A DNA stretch of 64,000 nt from Spirochaetia bacterium (GTDB lineage: Bacteria; Spirochaetota; Spirochaetia; DSM-16054; Sediminispirochaetaceae), in the NCBI GenBank assembly GCA_034520965.1, contig JAXHMY010000001.1, positions 544,001-608,000 on the forward strand, in the 5' to 3' direction. Made by a program: the position numbers and the translations under genes. Positions 21,639-33,041 of the stretch are shown one piece after another (within the stretch, counting starts at the first letter, position 1; each line of letters starts with the position of its first letter). Under the pieces are notes generated by a model that saw only the letters and a program-made list of their open reading frames with translations, did not search any database and was not told where the DNA came from.

Positions 21639-22490
21639 ATGACAATTTCCCTGAGTATTCCCTTAGTGATCTCCTGGTCAGTAAGCCTTGTTTTGTTGTG
21701 CGCCCTGCTGGTAGTACTCATACTGAGGAAAAGCAACCGCAATGAGCAAAGCAGTCGAGATACAGGTGAACTGCAGGGGCGCTTGAACGAGTTGGAGAAA
21801 ATCTCCAGCCATATTGATGAGCTGCGATCCTTATTTATCCTGCCGCGTACCCGCGGCGATGTAGGCGAAAAACTACTCGGCGAGCTGCTGCATAACTGGC
21901 TGCCCCTGGATGCCTTCAGCCTGCAATATGGATTTAAGGACGGGACCCGCGCCGATGCGGTCATTTTTATGGACCGGTATTTGGTAGCGATTGATGCGAA
22001 ATTCCCATTTCAAAGCGTTCGAGAAGTTTTGACTCAAAGTGCTCAAGAAAAGAAAATACCCGCCCAAGTCCGCCGAACCTTCGTTCAGCACGCCAGAAGC
22101 ATTGCCGAGAAGTATATTCGCCCCGACCAGGGAACCCTCCAATTTGCACTAATGTATGTACCCTCGGAAACCTTATATTACAACTGCTTTGTAGAAGACA
22201 GCGAGCTTTCAGCTGCGGTACTCGCAGAGAAGGTTGTTCCAGTGGGTCCTGCCAATATCTTTTTGTACATCCAGACTATTGCCTACGGCCTACGGGGTTT
22301 TAATTTTCCCCAAGAAGCAGAAGAGGTTATTTCACGTGTAGCAGAAGTACAACAGGAGATGGCGGCCTTTGATAAGGAGATATCTACCGCCTCCACCCAC
22401 CTGAAGAATTTCACCCGCATGTTTGATTCACTGCTGGTCCGCTACCGCAAAATAGACAACCTTGTACGCAGAATAGAACAGAAGAAATAG
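21639..22490 (+). CDS. rmuC: DNA recombination protein RmuC
   Basis: RGDVGE..L, RADAVI, IDAKFP, IAEKYI, FALMYVPSE. Confidence 0.9.
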   Translation: MTISLSIPLVISWSVSLVLLCALLVVLILRKSNRNEQSSRDTGELQGRLNELEKISSHIDELRSLFILPRTRGDVGEKLLGELLHNWLPLDAFSLQYGFKDGTRADAVIFMDRYLVAIDAKFPFQSVREVLTQSAQEKKIPAQVRRTFVQHARSIAEKYIRPDQGTLQFALMYVPSETLYYNCFVEDSELSAAVLAEKVVPVGPANIFLYIQTIAYGLRGFNFPQEAEEVISRVAEVQQEMAAFDKEISTASTHLKNFTRMFDSLLVRYRKIDNLVRRIEQKK

Positions 22491-22521
22491 ATAAATTGGG
22501 CGTAGGCTTCCCCGCCCTCCT

Positions 22522-23610
22522 TTATTCCAGAGAACTTTTTAAAAGCAGGGGCAGATGGTCTGAATACCCGCTCTCGAACTGAGATATCCAGCGGTTTGGA
22601 AAACCATCCTCATTAAGCAGCTGTTCACTTTGAATTACCTCAAACTGCTCAAACTCCATTCCACTGTTATCGAATAAAGCAGGACTCAACAAAAAATGAT
22701 CTATTGTCTCCCACTCCGAGCGATAGGCGTAACTGCCTATCGGAGGCCGAGGTTCCATTAACCAGGGGCTCAGCAGAATAAGGGCTTCCGAATCAATACC
22801 TGCATCTTTTTCGATGCCGGTAACTCCAATACAGTCTCTGCGCTGGTCCGCGGAGAGCTTCTTATAGTCCTGCTCCGGTACTAGTGCGGTTGGATATTCA
22901 GACTCTATCCGTTCCTGCTCGTCTATACACTCATTTAAATCACCGGCCACAATAATATTCGCCTGGGGATGCTGCTCTTCAATTTGATGAATACGCCCTG
23001 CAAGGACAGCCGCAGATGCCCGCCGCTGCGGCTCAGTCTCGGCAGCTCCCCCGGATTTCGATTTCCAGTGACAGTTAAAAAGCCGGAGCGTCTTGCCGGC
23101 GGCTTGTATCTTGCATTCAAGAATCGGCCTGCCCGCCGGAATTCCTTCGATAGATACGCTATGAACCTGAATGTCCTCAAGGGGATATCTGCTGAGAATA
23201 GCGGTATTCACCGCTGAATCTTTGGCATCCGATATGCAGTAGTAGCGGTATCCACAGCCCTTAAGGTAGTGTGTAACCAGCATCTCCAGGGCGTTGAGGT
23301 TTTCAACCTCCTGCAGCAGCAGGATATCGGCCCCTCCCTCCGGGTATCTGCTGAGTACATCAGAAATCTGCAGCAGTTTAATATGGTACAGGTCGGCACT
23401 CCAGGAATCCCCACCAGGGTCATAATCAGAATATTCGCTGCCGTCCCGTACATCATCAAATAAATTTTGCACATTGTAACTCAGCAGTGAAAGTTCCTTC
23501 GGCTCGGTGTCCGGGAACACACACATCGAACAGCCACTGCAGGACAACAGAAGCTGTATGCTCATACACACAAAAAGGCCCCACACGGGGGCCTTTACAC
23601 ACTGTTTCAT
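22522..23610 (-). CDS. Endonuclease/exonuclease/phosphatase family protein, probable lipoprotein
   Basis: SYNVQNLFD, LQEVEN, HWKSK, GDLNE, IDHF, GYSDHLP. Confidence 0.9.
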   Translation of the reverse strand: MKQCVKAPVWGLFVCMSIQLLLSCSGCSMCVFPDTEPKELSLLSYNVQNLFDDVRDGSEYSDYDPGGDSWSADLYHIKLLQISDVLSRYPEGGADILLLQEVENLNALEMLVTHYLKGCGYRYYCISDAKDSAVNTAILSRYPLEDIQVHSVSIEGIPAGRPILECKIQAAGKTLRLFNCHWKSKSGGAAETEPQRRASAAVLAGRIHQIEEQHPQANIIVAGDLNECIDEQERIESEYPTALVPEQDYKKLSADQRRDCIGVTGIEKDAGIDSEALILLSPWLMEPRPPIGSYAYRSEWETIDHFLLSPALFDNSGMEFEQFEVIQSEQLLNEDGFPNRWISQFESGYSDHLPLLLKSSLE

Positions 23611-23695
23611 CAGGACCTCCTACCCTGTTAGAGGTAGAAACCGATCCTATGCTTCAACTAATTTAAATTTTTATCAAATTATTTTGCCCAGAGTC

Positions 23696-24301
23696 TTACA
23701 CTCCCAGCTCGCTGCGGCTTTTTATCGTACGCGATACCAAACCGTATTCCTTGGCTTCCTCGGCATTCATCCAGAAATCACGGTCGGTTTCCTGCTCAAC
23801 CTTTTCTACCGGCTGGCCGGTTTCATCGCTGATAAGTTTATTTAATTTTGCCCGCAACTTTTCCAGCTCTTTTGCATGGATTTCAATTTCTGTAGCAACA
23901 CCACGGATACCGCTGAGAGGCTGGTGGATGAGATAATGAGAGTTCGGCAGGGCGATCCTCCGCTCTTTTGGTGAAGCCAGTAATACAAGTGCCCCTGCAC
24001 TGGCAACTAAACCCATACCGATGTTGTATACCTCCGGCTTGATAAACCTCATCATATCGTAAATTGCAAAGCCCGCATCGGCATCCCCGCCGGGAGAGTC
24101 TATAAACACCTTAATTGGTTCATCGCTCTTTGATTCAAGCAGTATAAGCTGACGGATAACCCTTTCAGCTAATTCCTTATTGATTTCTCCGGAAAGAAGA
24201 ATCGTTCGAGCCTCCATCATCCGCTCAACTAACATCTCCTGACCGGGCTTTTTCTCCTCATTCTTCTCTTCTTCTTCTAATTCATACTCGCTTCGTATCA
24301 T
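23696..24301 (-). CDS. clpP: ATP-dependent Clp protease proteolytic subunit
   Basis: IDSPGG, GLVASAG, IHQP, DRDFWMNAEEA..YGLV. Confidence 0.95.
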   Translation of the reverse strand: MIRSEYELEEEEKNEEKKPGQEMLVERMMEARTILLSGEINKELAERVIRQLILLESKSDEPIKVFIDSPGGDADAGFAIYDMMRFIKPEVYNIGMGLVASAGALVLLASPKERRIALPNSHYLIHQPLSGIRGVATEIEIHAKELEKLRAKLNKLISDETGQPVEKVEQETDRDFWMNAEEAKEYGLVSRTIKSRSELGV

Positions 24302-24376
24302 GTTTACCTCAAAAGTTATCAATTTGTACGTATGTAAAAGTATACTAACAAACGGAGAATAAGAAAAGTCCTGGTG

Positions 24377-24438
24377 CAGCATTACTACCCTATAGTTTTA
24401 ATCTCTCCGTCGGAAGACTTTCAAAATTAGAATTGCTG
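24377..24438. repeat. Truncated derivative of the MITE-like element (one terminus)
   Basis: AGACTTTCAAAATTAGAATTGCTG resembles the copy-B end AGACTTCCAAATTTAGAATCGCTG; bounded by CAGC...GCTG. Confidence 0.55.
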
Positions 24439-24484
24439 CGCTGCAGGTGCTTGCACTTCATACACATATCGCTACAATGGGGAC

Positions 24485-25360
24485 ATGAAATCAGGACTAA
24501 TTGCCGTCATCGGCCGACCTTCCTCAGGAAAATCGACTTTAATGAATAAAATCTGCGGGCACAAGGTATCTATTACCGCTCCCTCTCCACAAACCACCCG
24601 TAATACAATCCGTGGTATTTTGTCTGAAGACCGCGGGCAGCTGGTATTTCTGGACACCCCCGGATACCATAATTCAGAAAAAAAATTCAATCGCTATCTT
24701 AAACAGATAGCCCACTCGACACTGGAAGAGAGCGACGCGATTCTCTACGTACTCGATCCGCACCGCCTTCCGGGAGCTGAGGAAATCCAGTTGATGCAGG
24801 TACTCGCAGCCGGCGGCAAACCGGTGATTACCGCAGTGAACAAAACCGACCTCAACCCGCCTCAGCTTAAAGGGGTGCAGCAGAAAATAGCCGAGCAGCT
24901 TCCTCATTCACTCATTTACCCAATTTCAGCACTGAACGGTTTCGGTGTTCGCGACCTGGTAGCCGGTCTGTTTTTACAGGCTCCGGAGGGGGAGCTGATG
25001 TACCCCAAGGACTACTACACCGATCAAGATCCGGAGTTCCGCATTACTGAAATAATCCGCGAGCAGGCCGTAAACCGTACGCGGGAAGAACTTCCCCATG
25101 CCGTGTATGTAGAAATTGCTGATATGGAGATGCAGGAGGAACGCCACCTTTTATGGGCCCGTGCAGTCATTTTCGTTGAAAAGGAATCCCAAAAGGGAAT
25201 GATAGTTGGAAAAGAGGGCAGTATGATCAGAAAGATCAGAGTTTCCGCAGAAAAAGAGCTCAGAGAGCTGTTTCCCTATGCGGTAAAACTTGATCTGCGT
25301 GTAAAGGTTGACCCCAAGTGGCGTACTCGAGACCAACTACTCCAACGACTTATACATTAA
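24485..25360 (+). CDS. era: GTPase Era
   Basis: GRPSSGKST, QTTR, DTPG, NKTD, KH domain. Confidence 0.95.
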   Translation: MKSGLIAVIGRPSSGKSTLMNKICGHKVSITAPSPQTTRNTIRGILSEDRGQLVFLDTPGYHNSEKKFNRYLKQIAHSTLEESDAILYVLDPHRLPGAEEIQLMQVLAAGGKPVITAVNKTDLNPPQLKGVQQKIAEQLPHSLIYPISALNGFGVRDLVAGLFLQAPEGELMYPKDYYTDQDPEFRITEIIREQAVNRTREELPHAVYVEIADMEMQEERHLLWARAVIFVEKESQKGMIVGKEGSMIRKIRVSAEKELRELFPYAVKLDLRVKVDPKWRTRDQLLQRLIH

Positions 25361-25370
25361 GATCCGACCT

Positions 25371-26940
25371 TTACACGTAGCGAGAGAGGATTTCCAGCAC
25401 TTTCTGTTTACCCACCGTCATGATAAAGCCGGCTAAACGCGGCCCCTTCTCTTTTCCGATAAGCACCATGTATACCAAGCTAAATAGATCTTTCGGCTCC
25501 AGTTCCTCACTGCGGGCAACGTCGTAAATGGCGGTCCCTAAACTTTTTTCGTCATGTACATCAAGCTTTTCGACCTCCCCTTTGAGCCCCCGCAGCATAC
25601 ACTTCTGCTGCTCATCGGTCTCCACCAAGGGGTCTGCGGCTGTCTGCAGGCGAAAGCGAAACTCCTCCGGACTAAAGCGGGTAATCCAGTTCCAGGCACA
25701 CTGGGCTCGGACCCTCATGCGTCGCTGCTGCTCTTCATCCAGCTCAAACATAGAGAGTACCGTTTCTATATCCCCGCCGTTGATCTGCAGCAGGTTGCAC
25801 AGGTGTCTAAACGGCAGCTGTACCGGCATGGTTTCCGGAACACCGTGAACCTGGGAAAGCTCGTAAATCCGGCTTTCCTTCTGGCGCTTCTTCTCGCCGA
25901 CTTCCTGTTCACCAAAATAGATTCGCTCGCACTTATCGTAGTCCTCGTAGATTTTGAGCACATCTAAATCAAAGGAAATTGCAAACTCGCTGTTTGGCCG
26001 GGTACCGGCAAACAGGTAACGGACAATTTCCGGTTGATAAATCTCTAGTACTTCGGACAGGCCAACTACTTCTCCGGAGGAGGATGAGATTTTTCCACCA
26101 CGCCCCTTGATACGGATAAAGTCATATTGGAAGGAAACCGGTTCCTCCGCCGTACACCTCTTTGACGATCTTACGGCCGGTATCGAAGGATCCGCCCTCG
26201 GAGTGGTGGTCCTTGCCGGCCGGTTCAAAGTCGACTCCTTCTTGACGCCAGCGCATCGGCCAGTCTACCCGCCACGGCAGTTTTACCGCGCTTGTTTCAC
26301 GCAGATCAAGGGTTTCCTCATTACCGGTATCTTCACAACGGTAGCGCAGCCCCCACTCTCCGTCCCATCCCAGTACCGTCGTAGTGTCACGGTCGGTAAA
26401 GGTGCTGAATACCGATACGGGCCACCAACCTTCGGGAAGGGGCTCGGTACGGTGTTCGTTTAAGATACTGCGGATGGTGTCCCGCTGTTCCAGAGCAGTC
26501 CGAATCCCTTCGGCATAATAAGAGCTGCGGTAGCGTTGGGCCTGGTAAATATACTCCGGCTCAACCCCCACCTTCGGCAGCAGCTGTTCCAGTGCTTTCT
26601 CGTTCGCCTCTGCATAACTGGAATACCCTGAACTGGTATCCGGTACCAGTGTAATGGGCTTGCGAAGATAACTCTCCAGTAGCTCCGGGTTCGGCATATT
26701 CTTGGGTACTTTGCGAAACACATCATAATCATCCCAAGAGTATATAAAACGAACCTGCTTTCCCTGATCCCGCAGGGCCCTCACGATTAGTTCGACCGAA
26801 ATAATCTCGCGAAAGTTACCAATATGCACAGTGCCTGAGGGAGTGATACCCGATGCACACACATAGGTATCTTTTTCGCCCTTTTGACGTACTATTTTTT
26901 CGGCAGTACTGTCTGCCCAATGAAATGTATTTCCCTTCAT
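25371..26940 (-). CDS. lysS: Class I lysyl-tRNA synthetase, frameshift near 26140
   Basis: [43 protein letters not shown]. Confidence 0.95.
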
Positions 26941-27064
26941 AGCCGTGCATTATAGAGGTAAATTTAGTATTGTTCAATGGAACCAAAAACTCTCATGTGT
27001 TAAGGTTACAGTTAGGATACAAATGCGCCGAGATAAGAGACATAAAGATGACTATGGGGGAAGA

Positions 27065-27665
27065 GTGAACAAGCTGGTATTAGTTCTGTTAAGTATATTA
27101 CTGCTGCCTACACTCCCGGCATGGGGAGAAACCGGTTATGCATCGTGGTACGGGGGAAAGTTTCAAGGCAGACAAACGGCGAGCGGCGAAGTATTCGATA
27201 CCAACAAATTGACGGCCGCCCACAAAACCCTCCCCTTCGGTACAGTGGTGGAAGTTACCAATTTAGACAATGGAAAGAGCATAGAAGTTCGCATTAACGA
27301 CCGAGGCCCCTTCGTGGAAGGCCGCATCATTGACCTCTCTGAGCCGCCGCCGCGAAGATCGGAATGATGAGCACGGGCATAGCACCGGTAAAAGTAGAAA
27401 TAATCCACAGTGCATCCTCTTCGACCGGAGCTCTCACACTATTCCATTCAAATTGCTTCATTTTCAGCGCGTAAAAACGCTCAACTCCTGCACAGCCGGC
27501 TTTACGACCGTGGTTTGCCGGCGGAGCTTGAAAAGTCGGACAGCGGTCACACTCGAGTGGTGCTTCCGGAAGGTGCAAGAAGCTGAGCTGGATACATTAC
27601 TGACAAAACTGGCGACCATGGGCTTTAATTCGGTGTTGGTCCGACGCCATTTCCCGGCCAATTGA
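27065..27665 (+). CDS. rlpA: RlpA-like (DPBB plus degenerate SPOR) lytic transglycosylase, frameshifted
   Basis: [33 protein letters not shown]. Confidence 0.85.
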
Positions 27666-27799
27666 GACCCCCTTTTTGCCTTCCCTTTGGATAAGGCGAT
27701 ACTATCGCTGCAAGTACCGCGGTTATGTGCTTGCTAAGAGTTCAAAGCTGTCGTATCATTCACACATTGAAGTTTGCACAAAGGATTTGAGGCTGGAGT

Positions 27800-28817
27800 A
27801 TGGACCTTCTTTCTTCACTTAAAGAGATACAGGCAGTTCAAAAAAACCGCATCGAGGGTAAAAACGCCCTATTCTATGCTTTGCTTTTTTTGTCAAAAAA
27901 AGAACCCGGTCCACCGGCATTAAATTTCTCTACACCATCTGGTCTCACTTTTTCGCCCCCCAATTGATGACACAATACAAATTTCGACGCCGCCCGGTCG
28001 CCTGGGTAGATCATCCTTTAGATAAAAAATTCCCTTTAAACCACATCATGTTTCAATTTATCTGAGTTTTACAAGTTTATGGCTCAAATCAATAGGCTTT
28101 ATCTACCGTGAATTCGGTACACAGTCCCTAAACGATATAATAAAGTTTGTTGAAACCCTTACTTCTCTTTACCTTGAAAGTTCAAAGGTCTTTCTGCAAT
28201 CCAGTCTACCACCAACCGTCCGCGCTACATCGGGGGGTTTTACTTCCAGGTAATCCATCTATTTGATCCCCATCTGCACTGCATTCCATCGCTTCATGTA
28301 GAGATCGTCTGTCTGAACTACACCTTCATGAGTAATGATAATAGACAATTTTGCCGAAAATCCAGCTGAGTATCAAAGGGAAAAGGACTACCTATGGAGA
28401 CAGGCGGTGCTGATTACCGACAGCATCCTTTTGATTAAGCAGCACAGTGTAAACTGTGTTGCCGCCGGATTATTTACTCTCACTTCCAATGACTTTCCCT
28501 TTGAGGAAAAGGACGCCTATCAAATAATCGATACGCTGTTTACCGGTACGGGGAATACTCTACCGGTCGGAGAGGAGATACGTAGCTATATTCACAAGCT
28601 GTACCAGCATTTCTTAGAGGAACACCGCAGTAAAACCAATGCTAAAGTACTAGTCGATTTTCTGCGCGCCTACCCACAAAAAAAACAGGATACTCCCCGA
28701 GACCCAGTTTTCAAGGTATTTCATAAAAGGCCCCCGCAAGTGGATACTTTACGGAGCCAGAGTCGATGTGAAAACAGTATATTAAGCAGCGTAGCCTGCT
28801 TTAAACTTTTTCGTTAA
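27800..28817 (+). CDS. Hypothetical protein with PAP2/Aur1-like motifs, multiply frameshifted; 3' end uncertain
   Basis: GGAG RBS plus ATG at 27800; reconstructed STTNRP..DPHLHCIPSLHV..LIKQHSVNCVAAG. Confidence 0.6.
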
Positions 28818-29312
28818 CCGAATTGAACTTCCGGTTCCGAGCTGATACCGCCTCTTCCAGCGCTGCAACAGCCGATTCCAGCGAGGCTAATTCCGGCTTT
28901 TGTTTCAGCAGCTTACCGATAACCGCCATATTCGCCGAACGACTCGAACCATTTTCTTCGGCAATATCATTCGCCGCAATATCCACCACTGTGATGTCGG
29001 TCCGGCTTGGTTTTTCGTCAATCAGGGAACTGTTGTAAATTAACAGCCCCCCCGCCTTAACCGTGGTTCAAATTTTCTAAGCGAGGGAGTATTCAAAACT
29101 ATAGCGATATCCGGATGAAAGACTACCGGCGAGGCAACCTCTTCATCAGAAATTATTACCTGACAGTTTGCAGTACCGCCGCGCATTTCAGCTCCGTAAG
29201 AAGGAATATGGGACACATACTTCCCCTCGCGCATACCTGCAATACACAGAAGCTTTCCCGACAGCAACACTCCCTGTCCGCCGAATCCAGCAAATATTAT
29301 TTTTTCAGTCAT
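28782..29312 (-). CDS. 2-oxoacid:ferredoxin oxidoreductase gamma subunit, frameshifted
   Basis: FAGFGGQG, PSYGAEMRGGTANC, ANM..IG. Confidence 0.9.
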
Positions 29313-29366
29313 AACCTTTCGCTCCTTTTGTTTGTCCTGTTCAATGTCCTGTTCAACTTTCCGGAC

Positions 29367-30121
29367 TTACCGGTCTCGAAAATTTCCCAACGGATAGTAG
29401 GGGACCATAGTGTCTTTTACAAAGGCAACTGCAGTCTGCGAATCTACCCCCCAATTGGTCGGACACATCGAAAGCACCTCAACAAATGAGTATCCCTTTC
29501 CTTCAGCCTGATTTTGAAGGGCTTTTTTGATTGCCTTTTTAGCCTTCATAATGCTCTTTACATCATGGACGGAAGTACGTTCGATAAACACCGGCCGTTC
29601 CAGGGTAGCGATCATTTCACAGGCGCGGATTGGAAACCCTACCATCCGAGGTATCCCTTCCATAGGGGTGGTTTTGGTTACCTGTTTGTCCATCGTTGTT
29701 GGTGCCATCTGCCCGCCGGTCATTCCGTAAATTGCATTATTTACAAAGATAACCGTAATATTTTCCCGCGGTTGGCGGCATGGATGGTTTCTGCGGTACC
29801 AATGGCAAGTAAATCGCCGTCGCCCTGGTATGAGATTACCACTTTATCCGGATGCACCCGCTTAAGGCCGGTAGCCACCGCCGGAGCGCGCCCGTGGGCC
29901 GCCTCACAGCCGTCTGCATCTATATAGTTGTAAGCCAAAACCGAACATCCCACCGGAGCTACCAGAATAGTTTTATCCTGTATTTCCAGCTCGTCCATCG
30001 ACTCTGCAATTAGTTTATGTACAATACCGTGACCGCAGCCGGGACAGTAGTGGGTTTTTACCTCACGAAGCGATTCCGGTTTCTCATAAATATATTCGAA
30101 TTGTGCTCCCTTACTTTCCAT
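29367..30121 (-). CDS. 2-oxoacid:ferredoxin oxidoreductase beta (TPP-binding) subunit, frameshift near 29760
   Basis: [36 protein letters not shown]. Confidence 0.92.
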
Positions 30122-31169
30122 AGTTCTTTACTCTCCTCACAATTTCATCAATATCGGGTAACATGCCGGCAGTGCGGCCATAAAAATCTATATCCGCAGT
30201 GCCGTTTAACGATAGTTTTACATCTTCCAGCATTTGTCCCGCGCTCATTTCAACGGTCAACACCTTTTTCTTCCCCTCAGCCGCCTTCTGCAGTTCTTTT
30301 TCAGGAAAGGGCCACAGGGTAATTGGTCGAAAAAGCCCAACCTTAACCCCCTCTTTCCGCAGAGCACGCAGGGCTGAACGGCAAATTCTAGAGGACATTC
30401 CATACGCAACCAGCAGATAATCCGCATCATCGGTCATATAAGACTCGAACATGGTCTCGCTTCCTTCTATCTGTTGTATAGGTTTGCCTGCAGTTCATCG
30501 TTCAACTTCTCCAGAGCATCCTCGGGGTTTAATCGAAGGGAGGCAATAATGTGAGGTTCCCGGCCTTTCTGCACCCGATAAAGCCCACGGTTTTTCAAAC
30601 TTCATATTGCTGGGCTCGGGCAATGAAACACCCTCCGCCATCTGACCAAGAAATCCGTCACCCATTATCATGACAACCACCCGATATTTATCGGCAATGT
30701 CAAAAGATTTAATTGTCAGGTCGGCCAGCTCCTGTACCGTTGCAGGTGCCAAAGCTACGGTACGGTAATCTCCGTTTCCTCCACCGCGGGTTGCCTGATA
30801 GTAATCGCCCTGGGCACCGGCAATATTACCAAGTCCCGGTCCGCCGCGCATCATATTCACCACCACCGCCGGAAGACGGGCTCCGGAACAGAGTATGAAG
30901 TACCCTCCTGTTTGAAGACTGATGCCCGGTGATGATGAGGAGGTCATAGCCCGCGCACCGCGGCAGACGCGCCAAACACCATGTTTATGGCAGCAATCTC
31001 ACTCTCTGCTTGAAGAAAAGTCCCGTCCACCTGCGGAAGACGCCGTGCCATATAAGCAGGGACCTCATTCTGCGGCGTAATCGGATACCCAAAAGTGGCA
31101 ACGGCACCCGGCAATAATCGCCGCTTCACCAAGCACCTCATTTCCCTTCATCAATATTTTGTCGCTCAT
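30111..31169 (-). CDS. 2-oxoacid:ferredoxin oxidoreductase alpha subunit (Vor-like), several frameshifts
   Basis: [48 protein letters not shown]. Confidence 0.92.
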
Positions 31170-31170
31170 A

Positions 31171-31399
31171 CTAACTCTCCCTGAGACGTATTGCACTACT
31201 TTAATTACCATATCGGGACACATCATCGCACAAAACTTGCAGGCGATGCATGCATCTTCATCTGATACAGGTGGCGTACAGAGACGCCCTGCTTGTTAAA
31301 TTATGTCCAACATCTTTAAATATTCACCGGACATGCCTCAATACACAAAGTGCATCCCTTGCATTTTTCATTATCGATTTCAGGCTTTCCACGTGCCAA
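31171..31399 (-). CDS. 2x[4Fe-4S] ferredoxin-like delta subunit, frameshifted (not in the ORF track)
   Basis: TTG start after GGAG; CKGCTLCIEACP and CIACKFCAMMCP. Confidence 0.85.
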
Positions 31400-31573
31400 G
31401 GTTTTCCTCTCCTTTTACTATAGTAGGATTATGTTCATTATATTATACAATGTTTACTAAAATAAAACAAATATTTTTTCAGATTTTGTTAGTCTATTTA
31501 CTCCATTTAAGATATTTTACTCGAAAGGGCACCCTCATTGGCACAACTACAGCTCTCTGATATTATTTTTCTT

Positions 31574-31637
31574 TTAAGAAAATAGCCGTATCCGACTATT
31601 TTCGTCGTTTCGCCTGCCCCACAGCGGCATGCGAAAC
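31574..31637 (+). repeat. Double-hairpin dispersed repeat, copy 2
   Basis: GAAAATAGCCG-TATC-CGACTATTTTC then GTTTCG..TGCC..GGCA..CGAAAC. Confidence 0.9.
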
Positions 31638-31654
31638 CATTAAGAAGGAGCGGA

Positions 31655-32300
31655 ATGGGATTTCTTTGACCTGATCGAAAACCACATCGTCCTGTTTGAT
31701 GGTGCAATGGGCACAGAAATTCAAAAACTCCATATTCAGGACAGTGAATGGGGCGAGTATCCCGGATGTAACGGAATGCTCACCCTTTCGGCTCCGGATA
31801 AAATCACCGGCATTCACCGCGCCTATTTAGAAGCGGGGGCCGATGTGATAGAAACCAACACCTTCGGTGCCAACCGGATAGTTCTATCAGAATACGGACT
31901 TCGAAGATCGTACAAGAGAGATAAATAAGGCCGCAGGCCGACTGGCGGTGTACGAACGAGATCAATATATCAGCAGAGATCCTTCAAAGGGCCCGGTCCA
32001 TGTGGCCGGAAGCTTAGGCCCCGGCACCAAACTGCCGAGTTTAGGGCAAGCAGATTTCGATACAGTGTATACCTCCTACTATCAGCAGGCCTGTGGTTTG
32101 ATAGAAGGGGGAGTAGAGCTTTTTATCATCGAAACCTCACAAGACCTTCTGCAAATCAAAGCGGCCGTGTCGGCAGTCAAAGACGCCTCAACGGCGCAGC
32201 AGCTGGACTTACCGCTGATCGTATCCGTAACGGTGGAGACTAACGGTTCAATGCTGGTGGGCTCTGGACACCTATGCCGTCACCCTTGAGCCTGCTGCCG
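31655..32300 (+). pseudogene. metH: Truncated B12-dependent methionine synthase (part of the homocysteine-binding domain only)
   Basis: FDGAMGTE, AYLEAGADVIETNTFGAN, AGSLGPGTKLPSLG, IETSQDLLQIKAA; homology ends after ~200 aa, before the GLNC Zn motif. Confidence 0.75.
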
Positions 32301-32361
32301 CCTTTTGTATGTTTCAATCCTCAGGCTGATTACTTTTCTATATAGGACAGGCAATAAACAA

Positions 32362-32390
32362 CCCGCCGAATACACAAGGTACACGACGGG
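32362..32390 (-). terminator. Probable terminator of the rbr-dfx-rub cluster
   Basis: Minus-strand CCCGTCG...CGGCGGG stem followed by TTGTTTATT. Confidence 0.55.
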
Positions 32391-32395
32391 GCTTT

Positions 32396-32466
32396 CTTTA
32401 CTTTCAAGTCTTTACTTTCAAGAGCTTTACTTTCAAGTCTTTACTTTCAAGTCTTTATTTTTCAGT
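32396..32466. repeat. Tandem repeat, ~5 x 14 bp (CTTTACTTTCAAGT)
   Basis: Three exact units, one 15-bp variant and one degenerate unit. Confidence 0.95.
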
Positions 32467-32471
32467 TTCCC

Positions 32472-32633
32472 TTAATCGACGGGAGAAAATTCGTCCTTAG
32501 CTGCGCCGCATAGCGGGCACACCCAGTCGTCGGGCAGATCATCAAAAGAGGTTCCAGGGTCTACTCCGTTATCAGGATCTCCCTCTTCCGGGTCATAGAT
32601 GTAGCCGCATACATTACATACGTACTTCTGCAT
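32472..32633 (-). CDS. rub: Rubredoxin, 53 aa (not in the ORF track)
   Basis: [53 protein letters not shown]. Confidence 0.97.
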   Translation of the reverse strand: MQKYVCNVCGYIYDPEEGDPDNGVDPGTSFDDLPDDWVCPLCGAAKDEFSPVD

Positions 32634-32657
32634 TTTTCGCTCCTTTACAGTGAAATA

Positions 32658-33041
32658 TTATTGATCCGCCCGCCATAAACCGTGGACGTTACAGTACTCA
32701 CGCGCAGATACTTTCGATGCCTGAACACAAAACTCAGCAACCGGCTTATCACCAGGCTTGAGAAATTTCCGATAAGATTTTCCGTCTGCTATAAGCTCAA
32801 TCCATTCAATGTAGTGTTTCTCTTCCATCGGATGCAGGGTGCTGCCGACAGTTACCTTGAAGCCATCGGATGTCTTTTCGATGAGCGGCACATGCTTTTC
32901 AGTAGTCGAATCCGCAGTTTTCTCATCTAGCAGGGTCATATTTTGACCGCAGCATACCAAGTCACCTTCGCCCGTGTGTAATACTTCTACAATATTACCA
33001 CAGATCTCGCACTTGTAAATTCCATTTAATTTAGTTGCCAT
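32658..33041 (-). CDS. dfx: Desulfoferrodoxin (2Fe superoxide reductase)
   Basis: CEICGN..CCG, EKHVP, HPM..HYI, CNVHG. Confidence 0.97.
   Translation of the reverse strand: MATKLNGIYKCEICGNIVEVLHTGEGDLVCCGQNMTLLDEKTADSTTEKHVPLIEKTSDGFKVTVGSTLHPMEEKHYIEWIELIADGKSYRKFLKPGDKPVAEFCVQASKVSAREYCNVHGLWRADQ

Noticed and set aside
25371..26940. Archaeal-type LysRS and UMP kinase as recent horizontal transfer
   Set aside because: Both are established features of spirochaetes
31500..31654. SAM riboswitch or T-box upstream of metH
   Set aside because: No SAM-I or T-box consensus seen; the structure there is the dispersed double-hairpin repeat
32396..32466. Possible CRISPR array
   Set aside because: Contiguous 14-bp units with no spacers and no cas genes
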